Part shown: positions 1 to 9,833 of the stretch, in pieces
How the letters are laid out: every line of letters begins with the position of its first letter
Numbering within the stretch: the stretch's first letter is position 1
Origin: Eubacteriales bacterium
GTDB taxonomy: Bacteria; Bacillota; Clostridia; Oscillospirales; CAG-382
Direction: 5' to 3'
Assembly (NCBI GenBank): GCA_045636665.1
Contig: JAZTXY010000126.1
Location: 1 to 38,643 of the forward strand
DNA length: 38,643 nucleotides
The notes under the pieces: generated by a model
Database searches by the model: none
What the model was told of the DNA's origin: nothing
What the model saw: only the letters and a program-made list of their open reading frames with translations
Position numbers and translations under genes: made by a program

Positions 1-156
1 ACGCTTAACGAGGATGTAGTCGAACTTGTCAACTGCGTCGTCGCCGTTAACGTCAGCCGCGATCAATTGATCATCATCGAAGGTGATGGTCTTCATTACG
101 TTACGCTTAACGAGGATGTAGTCGAACTTGTCAACTGCGCCGTCGCCGTTAACGTC
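1..156 (-). repeat. Near-identical 54-bp direct repeat (1-54 and 103-156) encoding the two dockerin half-repeats
   Basis: 53/54 identical; period 102 nt (34 codons); in frame with the CDS. Confidence 0.95.
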
Positions 157-2757
157 GCCAAGCATAACGGGATCGGGTTCGTCTTTAACGATTTCGATAT
201 ATGCCGCAACGCCTGCCGCGCCCTTTTCGATATCCAAGCCGTAGAACTTAAGGGTTTGACCAACCGCTACGCTTGAAAGGAGGGTTTCGTTTGCACGGCT
301 GCCGACAACGGGATTGTCAACGCCGTCGCCTTCCCAAGAGTGAGCGGCAATCATAATCTGATTTGCTTCCAACTTAACGGAAGGAGTACCTGTGCCCGAG
401 CCCTTGAACTTTCTAACAACGATATATTCATCGTCTTTTTCGCCCTTTTCAAGAACAACGTTGGTGGTCCAGCTGTGGTTTGCGTTTTCTCTGGTAACGG
501 TGCCATCTTCGCTGATAGCGGGAGTGAAGATGTTACATGCGCCGGAAACGATAGAGGTGTTAAAGCCGGTAACGTAGATTGCATCGGTAACGGGAGTGCC
601 GAGAAGGCCTGCTTCAACCTCGTCAATCCAGATAAAGCCGTTGCCTTGTGCCTTGTGGGTGATAACTATCTTAATATAGCGAGAGGTTACTTCCTTTTTA
701 CCGGTAGCGGTAAGAGTATAAGTGCTCCAGCTGCCTTCGGTTTGGTTGCCGCCGGTGTGAACGATATCGTCAGCGCTTGCGGTTGCAACGGATTTAAAGG
801 TTTCGTTATCGTCGGAAGCGAATGCTTCGATAGAAATACAGCCAACGGGAAGGTTGATACCCCAGTTACCGCCTGCCATATAAATCTTATAGTTGTTGGT
901 GGTGGTAGCTTCGCCAAAGTCGATGGTCACTTCAACAACGTTGGGCTTGGTTTTATCCTTGCTATCCCAGCCCGCATATTTAGCGTTACCCGCATCTGCG
1001 TTGCCCTTGGAGCCGTCGGTAAGACGGGAGCCGTCGTCGTCATAAGTGTCGTTTCTGTTGGGAGCGGTGGTAGTGTAGGATTTGCCGGTAGAGCCAACAA
1101 GAGTTGCTTCGCCGGTAAGAGCGAGGAGAGATTTAAGCTCTGCAACCGCAGCTTCAACAGCTTCGATGGTAGAATCGTCTGCGCCGAGAACTGCAACTGC
1201 GTTATCGTATGCCTCGCGGAGCTTGGTAAGAACTACCTTGCTGTAATCCTTATAGGAAATGCCGGTTGCTTGTGCAACAAGATCAGAAAGCTCATCCTTG
1301 CCGGAAAGAGCGGAAGAAAGGTCGGTAAGCATCTTGCGAACGTCGCCCGAAACGGGAGCGTCGGAAGCGAGAAGTGCTTCAGCCTTTGCTACGAGTTCAA
1401 TGATCGATTCGTTGGTGTTGGACTTTGCTTCGTCAATCTTTGCCTGAAGTGCCGCGTCGAGAGCTGCGTCGTTAACGCTGGACTTCTTAACTACGAGGAT
1501 ACAGTCGCCTACTGCACGGGTGCTCTTTTGTGCATAGCCGGGTTGACCCTTGCCGTTGTTTGCAACGTACATTGCGCTCGATCCGCCGCCGTCCATACGG
1601 ATAACGTTTACACAGCCCTGCGAGATCATATAGTCTGCAACGTCACGGAGAGTAGCCGAACCGCTTGAGCCGGAGGAGCCGCCTTCGGTGGTGAAGAATA
1701 CGTAAGAGCCGTCTTCTTTTTGACCGAATGCAGTCCAACGAGCCTGATAGGTTACCGAGTGGGTACCTACGGAAGAATCGATTCTGGTACGGTCAACGCC
1801 GTCCTTAACGAGCCAACCAACGTTGGTGATAACGCTGTTAGCGTTTTCCATGATTTCACGGGATGCTTCGACAGTTTCGTTAACGCCGATGTTGATGCTG
1901 TCGCCTGCTACGAGTTCCTTAGCATACTTTACGTTGGGAGAAGTGGACTTAACGAAAAGAACGAACTTGTTGGAGAGGTCATAGGTGTTTTCGGCAAGTG
2001 CCGCACCGTAGGAGTTTTCCTTAACCTCCAAAACCTTGCCCTTGAGAGTGCCGCCTACGGTAAGGTCGGTATTATCAACCTTTTCGCAGATTATTTCATA
2101 ACCGGGGCAAATTTCATAGGTATCGCAAACGCGACCGCAAGAGGTATCGTAGTAATAGAAATTGTTGTTCCAGTTGGATGCAACCTTATTACCCGAGGTT
2201 TTGTTGATGTAGTAAAGACCGTTTTTAATTTCTTGCCCCTTGATGAAAAGCTTATAGTCAAGGCTGGACTTAACGATGTTCATGCTGCCGTCGGTACCGA
2301 AAGCAACAACGTAATCGGAATATCCTGCGTGAGCGGATGCGACCTTACCGTTGGAAATAACGATACCTACGAGAGTACCGTAGTTACCGTAGGAAACGGT
2401 ACCGCTGTCCATCGAGAAGAACGAACCGTTGATAAGACCGGGTACTTCATAGCCGTATTTTTGGGTAGCGAGCTTGTATTGGGTTTCAAGCACTGCAGAG
2501 GTGCCCGAATAACCCGAGAATACCATCGGAATATAACCGTCCTTGGGATCGAATTCCATCGAAACGCCGGTAACGGTATTGCCGTTTTGGCCGCTCTTGA
2601 TGATAAGATTTGTGTAGGAAACGTCTTCGTTAATGTTAACGGTATCGCTAACGGTAATGGTTGCCTTATCTTCAGGCGCCGCGTTAACAAAAATGCAGGA
2701 CGTTGCGAGCATTACCGCGCAAACCAAAAGCGCGAAAATTCTCTTTGTGAGTTTCAT
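1..2757 (-). CDS. Secreted phosphodiester glycosidase (NAGPA/DUF2233-like) protein with helical linker, discoidin/F5-8-like domain, unannotated module and C-terminal dockerin; 3' end runs off the window
   Basis: Absent from the ORF track because there is no stop in the window. Manual translation from ATG 2757 (RBS AGGAG upstream): MKLTKRIFALLVCAVMLATSCIFVNA signal peptide; GLINGSFF and IRMDGGGSSAMYV NAGPA-family motifs; RYIKIVI..FIWIDEVE discoidin-like motif; C-terminal GDVNGDGAVDKFDYILVKR..AADVNGDDAVDKFDYILVKR dockerin. Confidence 0.85.
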   Translation of the reverse strand, partial: MKLTKRIFALLVCAVMLATSCIFVNAAPEDKATITVSDTVNINEDVSYTNLIIKSGQNGNTVTGVSMEFDPKDGYIPMVFSGYSGTSAVLETQYKLATQKYGYEVPGLINGSFFSMDSGTVSYGNYGTLVGIVISNGKVASAHAGYSDYVVAFGTDGSMNIVKSSLDYKLFIKGQEIKNGLYYINKTSGNKVASNWNNNFYYYDTSCGRVCDTYEICPGYEIICEKVDNTDLTVGGTLKGKVLEVKENSYGAALAENTYDLSNKFVLFVKSTSPNVKYAKELVAGDSINIGVNETVEASREIMENANSVITNVGWLVKDGVDRTRIDSSVGTHSVTYQARWTAFGQKEDGSYVFFTTEGGSSGSSGSATLRDVADYMISQGCVNVIRMDGGGSSAMYVANNGKGQPGYAQKSTRAVGDCILVVKKSSVNDAALDAALQAKIDEAKSNTNESIIELVAKAEALLASDAPVSGDVRKMLTDLSSALSGKDELSDLVAQATGISYKDYSKVVLTKLREAYDNAVAVLGADDSTIEAVEAAVAELKSLLALTGEATLVGSTGKSYTTTAPNRNDTYDDDGSRLTDGSKGNADAGNAKYAGWDSKDKTKPNVVEVTIDFGEATTTNNYKIYMAGGNWGINLPVGCISIEAFASDDNETFKSVATASADDIVHTGGNQTEGSWSTYTLTATGKKEVTSRYIKIVITHKAQGNGFIWIDEVEAGLLGTPVTDAIYVTGFNTSIVSGACNIFTPAISEDGTVTRENANHSWTTNVVLEKGEKDDEYIVVRKFKGSGTGTPSVKLEANQIMIAAHSWEGDGVDNPVVGSRANETLLSSVAVGQTLKFYGLDIEKGAAGVAAYIEIVKDEPDPVMLGDVNGDGAVDKFDYILVKRNVMKTITFDDDQLIAADVNGDDAVDKFDYILVKR

Positions 2758-2841
2758 AGCTTTTTATCTCCTTCGTATATTATTTTAGTAATTTATTATA
2801 CAAAATCCGTTCAACGATGTCAATAAGTTTATGCGTATTTA

Positions 2842-3432
2842 CTAAATAAAATTTTGCCATTCGGGCAAAATGCCGTGGTTTTTAAGCGGAAAATAAAGCT
2901 TTTGAATCGGAAGTCCGATAATGTTGAAAAAATCGCCCTCAAACGATTCGGCAAAAAGGCAGGCGCGTTCCTGAATCGCGTAACTACCCGCTTTATCTAT
3001 CGGCTCATTCGTGGCAACGTAGGCGCGGATTTCTTCGTCGGAAAGGTCGCGGAATTTGACCTTTGTGACGCAAAATCCGCTGTCGAACCCGTTTTTGCCG
3101 ACGATAGCAAAGCCGCTTATTACCTCGTGCGTGCTGTTCGAGAGGGTTTTAAGCATCAAAAACGCATCCTCCTCGTCGGTCGGCTTGCCAAGCACCTGTC
3201 CGTTTACCGAAACGACGGTATCGGCACCCAAAACAACGCAATTTTCGTTGCCCAAGCGTTCAAAAACCTCTTTCGCCTTGGCAAGTGCGTTTAATTCGGC
3301 AAGGGAGTATGCGCATTCGCCCTCCATTACCTCGTCGGCATTTGACGGAATTACCTCGTATAAATACCCTGCAGTATCCAAAATTTCTTTCCTGCGCGGA
3401 GAAGCAGACGCAAGAATAAGCTTTTTCGACAT
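2842..3432 (-). CDS. maf: Maf family nucleoside triphosphate pyrophosphatase
   Basis: LILASASPRRKEIL, GADTVV, LGKP, DKAGSYAIQ and NIIGLP motifs. Confidence 0.95.
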   Translation of the reverse strand: MSKKLILASASPRRKEILDTAGYLYEVIPSNADEVMEGECAYSLAELNALAKAKEVFERLGNENCVVLGADTVVSVNGQVLGKPTDEEDAFLMLKTLSNSTHEVISGFAIVGKNGFDSGFCVTKVKFRDLSDEEIRAYVATNEPIDKAGSYAIQERACLFAESFEGDFFNIIGLPIQKLYFPLKNHGILPEWQNFI

Positions 3433-3521
3433 AAATTATGCACCCTTTCAAAAAATCCTTGAAATTTACTTACGATTATATTATAATACTTAATTATCAA
3501 ATGTAAAGAAGGTTTTTTGAA

Positions 3522-4313
3522 ATGAAAATAAAAACCGATAATATCAAACGCATTGTAGTTAAGGTCGGCACATCAACCCTGACTCACTCCTCGGGTTATA
3601 TCAACATTCGCAAGGTAGAAAGACTTGTTTCCTGCCTTTCCGACCTTTATAACAGCGGTCGTCAGATAATTCTCGTATCGTCGGGCGCGGTAAGCTGCGG
3701 CTTGGCAAAGATAGGCTTCGACCGCAAGACGCTTACAACCGAGCAAAAACAAGCGGCGGCGGCTGTCGGTCAATGTCAGCTTATCGATATGTATGCGCGC
3801 AGATTTTCGGATTTCGGCCATACTATCGCGCAGATACTTCTTACAAGAAGCGTTATTGACGATAAGGAATTGCGTACCCACGCAAGCACTACCTTTGAAT
3901 TACTTCTCGAGCAGGGCATTATCCCTATCGTTAACGAAAACGATACTCTTTCAAACGAGCAGATAAAGATTGGCAGTAACGATACCCTTGCGGCTACCGT
4001 TGCAAAGCTTTGCCATGCCGATTTGCTTATAAATATGTCGGACATCGACGGTCTTTACGATTCCGATCCGAGAAGCAACAAGGATGCGAAATTCATCGAA
4101 TTCGTTCCCGAGGTTACCGAGGACATATTTGCCATGGGCAGCGGCGCGGGAACCGCACGCGGTACCGGCGGTATGGCAACCAAGCTCGAAAGCGCAAAAT
4201 ACGTTACCGAGCGCGGAATCGCAATGATAATTCTTAACGGCGCAGACCCCGAAATTCTTTATAACGTGTTCGACGGTGATTTCGTCGGAACCTATTTTGC
4301 GGCAAAAAATTAG
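3522..4313 (+). CDS. proB: Glutamate 5-kinase (no PUA domain)
   Basis: RIVVKVGTSTL, VSSGAV, PIVNEND and GTGGMATKL motifs; adjacent to proA. Confidence 0.96.
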   Translation: MKIKTDNIKRIVVKVGTSTLTHSSGYINIRKVERLVSCLSDLYNSGRQIILVSSGAVSCGLAKIGFDRKTLTTEQKQAAAAVGQCQLIDMYARRFSDFGHTIAQILLTRSVIDDKELRTHASTTFELLLEQGIIPIVNENDTLSNEQIKIGSNDTLAATVAKLCHADLLINMSDIDGLYDSDPRSNKDAKFIEFVPEVTEDIFAMGSGAGTARGTGGMATKLESAKYVTERGIAMIILNGADPEILYNVFDGDFVGTYFAAKN

Positions 4314-5557
4314 TGTTTGAGGACAAAAATATGCTTGAATCAATGTGCACAAGCGCAAGAGCGGCTTCGACCGTTTTGGGCGCGACCGATACAGAAGCAA
4401 GAAACAGCGCGCTTTTGGCGATGGCAAACGCGCTTGTCAATCGCTCGGACGAAATAATCAAAGCAAACGAGCTTGATATCGCGCGTGCGAAGGAAAACAA
4501 TATGTCCGCATCGATGCTCGACCGCTTAACGCTTACAAGAGAGCGAATCGTTGCGATTTCCGAAAGCGTAAAAAAGGTTATCGCGCTTCCCGACCCGCTT
4601 GACGGCGACGAAAAATGGGTTCGCCCCAACGGCTTGGAAATAACCAAAAAGCGCGTGCCCTTCGGCGTTATTGCAATAATTTACGAGGCACGTCCCAACG
4701 TTACCGCCGATGCGGCGGCATTGTGCGTTAAATCGGGCAACGCGGTTATTCTTCGCGGCGGCAAGGAGGCGATCGATTCCAATCTTGCCATTGCAAAAGT
4801 GCTTTCTGACGCGCTTTGCGAAAAGGGGCTTCCCGAAGGCTGTGTTGCGGTTGTTCCCGATACAAGCCGCGAAACGGCAAATAAATTGATGAAAATGAAG
4901 GGTTATATCGACCTTCTCATACCGCGCGGCGGCAAATCGCTTATCCGCTCGGTCGTTGAAAATGCGACCGTACCCGTAATTGAAACCGGCGCAGGCAACT
5001 GCCACGTATTTTTTGATGAATCCGCCGATATTGAAACGGCATTGAACATCATCGACAACGCAAAAAGACAGCGCCCCTCGGTTTGCAACGCGGCGGAAAC
5101 GCTGGTCGTTCACGAAAATATCGCAAAAACCGTTCTTCCGCTTGTCAAGGAGCGTTTAAATAACGTCGAGCTTCGCGGTGACGAAAAAACGCTTGAAATT
5201 ATCGATATAAGCAAAGCGACCGACGAGGATTTTTATACCGAATATAACGATTATATCCTTGCGATAAAGGTCGTTCGCGACGTAAAAGAGGCGGTTGACC
5301 ACATAAATCTTCACGGCACGGGTCACAGCGAGGCGATAATTACCGACAATTCCGAAAACGCGCAGTATTTCTGCAACACTGTCGATGCGGCGGCGGTATA
5401 CGTTAACGCAAGCACGCGCTTCACAGACGGTGAAGAATTCGGATTCGGCGCCGAAATCGGCATTTCCACCCAAAAAATGCACGCTCGCGGACCTATGGGC
5501 TTGCCCGAAATGACAACCTATAAATACGTCATCAACGGCAACGGACAAATAAGATAA
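4313..5557 (+). CDS. proA: Glutamate-5-semialdehyde dehydrogenase (start may be ATG 4331)
   Basis: IYEARPNVT, LRGGKEA, RPSVCNAAET, NASTRFTDG and ISTQKMHARGPMGL motifs. Confidence 0.97.
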   Translation: MFEDKNMLESMCTSARAASTVLGATDTEARNSALLAMANALVNRSDEIIKANELDIARAKENNMSASMLDRLTLTRERIVAISESVKKVIALPDPLDGDEKWVRPNGLEITKKRVPFGVIAIIYEARPNVTADAAALCVKSGNAVILRGGKEAIDSNLAIAKVLSDALCEKGLPEGCVAVVPDTSRETANKLMKMKGYIDLLIPRGGKSLIRSVVENATVPVIETGAGNCHVFFDESADIETALNIIDNAKRQRPSVCNAAETLVVHENIAKTVLPLVKERLNNVELRGDEKTLEIIDISKATDEDFYTEYNDYILAIKVVRDVKEAVDHINLHGTGHSEAIITDNSENAQYFCNTVDAAAVYVNASTRFTDGEEFGFGAEIGISTQKMHARGPMGLPEMTTYKYVINGNGQIR

Positions 5558-5562
5558 AAAAA

Positions 5563-5597
5563 CAAGCTTGGAAGCATATTCCAAGCTTGAATTTTTT
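5563..5597. terminator. Bidirectional intrinsic terminator between convergent proA and cinA
   Basis: CAAGCTTGGAA-N5-TTCCAAGCTTG flanked by A and T runs. Confidence 0.8.
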
Positions 5598-6166
5598 TAT
5601 TTATCCTTTTTGATAAGCTTCTTTAACGATCTTTTGCTCTTTTTTTCGGCGGCTTTTTCTTTTTTTGCCGCGCGCTTTTCTTTTCTTGTGGTTTTTTGGG
5701 TTTTGTCGGTCTTTAATTCATCATAAGCCATATTAAGCGCCATTTTTGCCGCCATACGTCTTACCTCATTGCGCTTGCCGGCAAAAACAAAGGTCGTTGC
5801 ATAGCATTTTTCGGTCGTTGCGATTGAAATGCAAACTGTGCCGACGGGCTTTGCGCTTCCGTCGTTGTTGGGGCCTGCGATACCCGAAATCGCAATCGAA
5901 ATATCGGCGTTTGCCAATTCAAGCACACCCTTTGCCATTTCGCACACAGTATTTTCCGAAACCGCGCCGAAATTGTTAAGGGTTTCTTCCTTAACGCCCA
6001 AAAGCTTTTGCTTTGCCTCGTTGGAATAAACGGTAACGCCGTAACCGAAAACCGAGCTTGCGCCCGAGGTGTCGGTGATTATTTTCGAAACCAGACCGCC
6101 CGTGCAGGATTCCGCAACGGCGATTTTTTTGTTTTGCTTTTGTAAAAGGGTTATAAGACGCTTCAT
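5597..6166 (-). CDS. pncC: CinA C-terminal domain / NMN amidohydrolase PncC with Lys-rich tail
   Basis: AVAESCTGG, YSNEAK, GAVSE, SGIAGP and KPVGTV motifs. Confidence 0.9.
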   Translation of the reverse strand: MKRLITLLQKQNKKIAVAESCTGGLVSKIITDTSGASSVFGYGVTVYSNEAKQKLLGVKEETLNNFGAVSENTVCEMAKGVLELANADISIAISGIAGPNNDGSAKPVGTVCISIATTEKCYATTFVFAGKRNEVRRMAAKMALNMAYDELKTDKTQKTTRKEKRAAKKEKAAEKKSKRSLKKLIKKDK

Positions 6167-6169
6167 CTA

Positions 6170-7339
6170 TCAGCCCAACCTTTCGTAACGGTCGGTCGCC
6201 ATTGCGCGTTCAACAAGCGCATCGACGTCCAATTTTGCTTCTTCTTCAAGAATTTCCGCCATATCGGGACGGGTATCGGGGTGCTTCGGGGTGAACACGG
6301 TACAGCAATCCTCATACGGAAGAATCGAGGTTTCAAAGGTGCCTATTTCTCTTGCGCGGACAACGATTTCGTCCTTATCCAAGCCGATGCAGGGACGCAA
6401 AATGGGTAAGGTCGCAACGGCATCGGTAACCGCAAGCGATTGCATTGTTTGACTTGCCACCTGACCAAGACTTTCGCCGGTTATAATACAGCCTGCGCCG
6501 TATTTTTCGCCCAATTTCGAGGCACAGCGAACCATAAATCTGCGCAAAAGCAGGGTGAAAAGCTTTTCCTTGCAGGTCGCAACGAGGGTTTCCTGAATTT
6601 CGGTAAGCGAAATTGAATGCAAATATATTTCGCCGCAATATTCGGTCAGCTTTTCGGCAAGAGTGCGTACCTTTTCTGCCGCCGCTTCGCCGGTATAAGG
6701 GGGAGTTTCAAAATAAACCGCATCGATTGCCGCGCCGCGCTTTGCAATCATATGGCCTGCAACGGGGCTGTCGATACCGCCCGAAAGCATAAGCATCGCT
6801 CTGCCCGACGAGCCGACGGGAACACCGCCTGCGCCCTTTTCGCCGTTTCCGTGGATAAACGCCTGACGGTCGCGTATTTCAATGGTGATAACACGGTCGG
6901 GGTTTAAAACGTCGACCTTCATATCGGGGCGGTTTTCAAGCACGATACCGCCGCAGATAGCGCAAATTTCGGGCGATTTAAGCGCAAACTTCTTGTCGCT
7001 TCGCTTTGCCTCGCACTTAAAGGTCTTGGCACTTCCCAAAAGCTCGTTTACGTTTTCGGCAAGATGCTTTGTGATATCGTCCATATCCTTTTCACACGCG
7101 ATACCGCGGCAAACGGTCGCGATACCGAAAACCTTTTTTACCTTTTCATAAGCAAGGTCAACGTCGGCATCGTCAGACGGAGTAAGACAAAGCGTCGATT
7201 GCGCATAATCAAAATAAAATTCGCCCTGAACGCTTTTAAGCGCACGTCTTACGCGGCTTTCGAGCTTCGAATTGAAAAACGAGCGGTTAAGTCCCTTAAG
7301 AACGATTTCGCCGTATTTAACAAGTATTACTTCTTTCAT
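6170..7339 (-). CDS. thiI: tRNA 4-thiouridine synthase
   Basis: KYGEIVLKGLNR; THUMP region; PP-loop LSGGIDSPVA; GESLGQVASQT; PYEDCC. Confidence 0.96.
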   Translation of the reverse strand: MKEVILVKYGEIVLKGLNRSFFNSKLESRVRRALKSVQGEFYFDYAQSTLCLTPSDDADVDLAYEKVKKVFGIATVCRGIACEKDMDDITKHLAENVNELLGSAKTFKCEAKRSDKKFALKSPEICAICGGIVLENRPDMKVDVLNPDRVITIEIRDRQAFIHGNGEKGAGGVPVGSSGRAMLMLSGGIDSPVAGHMIAKRGAAIDAVYFETPPYTGEAAAEKVRTLAEKLTEYCGEIYLHSISLTEIQETLVATCKEKLFTLLLRRFMVRCASKLGEKYGAGCIITGESLGQVASQTMQSLAVTDAVATLPILRPCIGLDKDEIVVRAREIGTFETSILPYEDCCTVFTPKHPDTRPDMAEILEEEAKLDVDALVERAMATDRYERLG

Positions 7340-8466
7340 TTTTTACCCAACCTTTTTGCCGCTTCTTCAAGCTTTTCCACCAGAAATTCGGCATCCTTTA
7401 AAGTATTTCCGACACCGAAGCTTATTCTGACGGTGCCGTCTATTTCATTCTTTTGAAGCCCGTATGCCGAAAGTGTTCCGCTGTGTCCCTTTCTTGCCGA
7501 GCAAGCGCTTCCGGCGGAGATGCAAATCCCATAGCCGTTAAGCAGATTTAACACGACCTCGCTTTTTGCGCCGACAATCGACACCGAAAGTATGTTATCG
7601 ACCTTGTTTTCGGGCAGATTCAGCTTGAAGTTGCAATCGCTCTTTTCAAGCAGGGTGCGTGTATGGTCGCTGACCTTTTTAATTTCTTCCTTATATTTCG
7701 GAAATTCCTCGCAAGCGGCGGCAAACGCGGCAATGCCTATGACGTTTTCGGTACCCGAGCGAAGATTGTTTTCCTGACCGCCTCCGCGAATAAAGGGGGC
7801 AAGGTTTTTGATGATGCTTTGCTTACAGTAAAGCGCGCCGACACCCTTTAAGCCGCCGATTTTATGCGCGGAAATGCTCACCAAATCGCAATTTTTTGAA
7901 ACGGCGCGCATATCGGTCTTTAAAAAGCCCTGCACAGCATCGCAATGAAGCAAAGCGCCGCATCCGCTTTTATCGATTGCGCGTTTTACCGCTTCGATAT
8001 CGTAAATCGCGCCCGTTTCGTTATTGACGAGCATAACACTGACAAACGCCGCGCCCTTTGAAAGCTCGGCTTCAAGCTCGTTAATATCGATTTTGCCGAA
8101 TTTTGTGGAAATACGCACGATTTCAAACCCCGATTCCTCAAGAGAATTAATGGGGTTGCCGACCGACGGATGCTCGCTGTCGGTGGTAATTACACGCTTC
8201 GACCGTCTTGCGCGAAGCTTTGCCAAGCCGAAAATCGCTTGGTTGTTGCCTTCGCTTCCGCCGCCGGTGAAAATAATTTCCTCGGGCTTGCAGAAAAGCG
8301 ATGCCGCAACAGTTTTTCGCGCGGTATCTATTATTTTTTTCGCCGCTATACCCATCGAGTGTACCGAAGAAGGGTTTCCGAACACATCGAAGGAGTCGGT
8401 TGCCGCTTTCCTTGCGCTATCGAGCACAACGGTCGTTGCGGCATGGTCAAAATAAAGTTGATTCAT
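7336..8466 (-). CDS. Cysteine desulfurase (IscS/NifS-like), translationally coupled to thiI
   Basis: YFDHAATT, GNPSSVH, HCDAVQ, SAHKIGG (PLP lysine), RSGTEN and SAGSACS motifs; ATG 8466 has RBS GGAG. Confidence 0.93.
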   Translation of the reverse strand: MNQLYFDHAATTVVLDSARKAATDSFDVFGNPSSVHSMGIAAKKIIDTARKTVAASLFCKPEEIIFTGGGSEGNNQAIFGLAKLRARRSKRVITTDSEHPSVGNPINSLEESGFEIVRISTKFGKIDINELEAELSKGAAFVSVMLVNNETGAIYDIEAVKRAIDKSGCGALLHCDAVQGFLKTDMRAVSKNCDLVSISAHKIGGLKGVGALYCKQSIIKNLAPFIRGGGQENNLRSGTENVIGIAAFAAACEEFPKYKEEIKKVSDHTRTLLEKSDCNFKLNLPENKVDNILSVSIVGAKSEVVLNLLNGYGICISAGSACSARKGHSGTLSAYGLQKNEIDGTVRISFGVGNTLKDAEFLVEKLEEAAKRLGKK

Positions 8467-8528
8467 TTTTATTTTCTCCATTGTTATACAGTTTAATTAT
8501 AAACGTAAATTAACAAGAAGTCAATAGC

Positions 8529-8559
8529 AAAGGACCTATGAAACCATAGGTCCTTTTTT
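8529..8559. terminator. Intrinsic terminator downstream of the CHAP gene
   Basis: AAAGGACCTATG-AAAC-CATAGGTCCTTT hairpin. Confidence 0.75.
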
Positions 8560-8560
8560 G

Positions 8561-9778
8561 TTACTGTGTAATAGTATAGGTTTTTAAAACGTGACGTTTA
8601 ATGAGAATATAGTCGAACTGATTTACAATCAAATCGTCGTTGATATCGGCAACAACGGTTTCGCTGTCGTTCAATGCCAAGGACTGAAGTATCGAGCGTT
8701 TTACGCGGATATAATCATACGCATCGATGCTGTTGTTTTCGTCAATATCTCCGCGGTTCAAAAGCTCGCCGTAGTTAATGGGAAGATAAGCGTTGTCGAC
8801 CGTTTTTATAAAGCCGGTAATAACGCTTCCCTTTGCGGTCTTATAGGAAATGCGGTAACCGCCTGCAACCTTACGTTGAATGGTAAAGGTCGTGTAGCGG
8901 GGCATTGTCGTGCGCGCAGACTTAAAGCTTGCATCGGGGAATACGGGTGTTGCGCGGTCGGTGATATAAGTGCCGCCCGTGACGGTTTTGCCGCTGTGGT
9001 CAACCTTGTTGCCGCTTGCGGTTTTATAAGGCATAACGCCGTAGCCGCTAATATAGCTGCTGGTTATGGGATAGTTTTTAAAGTAAACACCGCCGCCGTC
9101 GGTTTGCAAGCCCGCCGCATCCGCAGTGTTGCCTTCGACAGTATAAACGGTTGTGCCGTCACTGTAAACAACTATACCGATATGGTCCTCGGAATTCTTT
9201 GCGCCGTCCCACGCGAAGAAGATAAGGTCGCCGCTTTGAGGAACGTAATCGTTTCCGTTATATTTGGAATATTGCCAATAGCCGTGAGTTCTAAGCGAAC
9301 TCGCCCAAGCGGGACAGCCAACCTCACGCCAGATGTAATTTTTATCGTCCTTGTGCTTACGGCACCAATCCGAAATCTTGTTTTGTGTGGTACAGCCCGA
9401 TTGAAGAAGACACCAAGCCACGAAAGAAGCGCACCAAGCATAATCTCCGCTTCCGTAACCGACGCCCCAGTCGCCCATATTGTAGTTATATTCGGTGAAA
9501 TTGCTGCTCGAACCGCTGGGCTTGCCGTCAAAATCGTTTTCGGCGCCGCTTTCCTGATAACCGAGCTGAGAAAGAGCAACCGCAAGTACGTCCTGACGTC
9601 CGTCGCCGGTAAGAGTGACGTTCATTAATTTTTCGTAATAGATGGAATTTTTATAAGATTCCGAAACGTCGTTCGAGCCCTTAACGTAAGTAACCTTTTT
9701 TTCTGCCGCAACCGCAGAAAAAGGCATACACGTTAAAAGCATCGCAAAGCAAAGCATAAGCACTAATGTCTTTTTCAT
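8561..9778 (-). CDS. Secreted CHAP-domain amidase/peptidase with C-terminal dockerin
   Basis: Signal peptide; AWCASFVAWC, PQSGDLIFF, HIGIV and TVEGNT CHAP motifs; GDIDENNSIDAYDYIRVKR / ADINDDLIVNQFDYILIKR dockerin. Confidence 0.88.
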   Translation of the reverse strand: MKKTLVLMLCFAMLLTCMPFSAVAAEKKVTYVKGSNDVSESYKNSIYYEKLMNVTLTGDGRQDVLAVALSQLGYQESGAENDFDGKPSGSSSNFTEYNYNMGDWGVGYGSGDYAWCASFVAWCLLQSGCTTQNKISDWCRKHKDDKNYIWREVGCPAWASSLRTHGYWQYSKYNGNDYVPQSGDLIFFAWDGAKNSEDHIGIVVYSDGTTVYTVEGNTADAAGLQTDGGGVYFKNYPITSSYISGYGVMPYKTASGNKVDHSGKTVTGGTYITDRATPVFPDASFKSARTTMPRYTTFTIQRKVAGGYRISYKTAKGSVITGFIKTVDNAYLPINYGELLNRGDIDENNSIDAYDYIRVKRSILQSLALNDSETVVADINDDLIVNQFDYILIKRHVLKTYTITQ

Positions 9779-9833
9779 ATTATTCTCCTACGCAAAAAGC
9801 CCAATTTTGCATGGGCCTTTTTATAACGCGAAA

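Noticed and set aside
1..156. 54-bp repeat as a CRISPR repeat or DGR template/variable pair
   Set aside because: In-frame dockerin duplication; only two copies and one mismatch; no cas or reverse transcriptase gene in the window
67..2826. Long plus-strand ORFs (340-1668, 1720-2826)
   Set aside because: Antisense shadows of the real minus-strand gene 2757->1, which has an RBS, signal peptide and recognisable motifs
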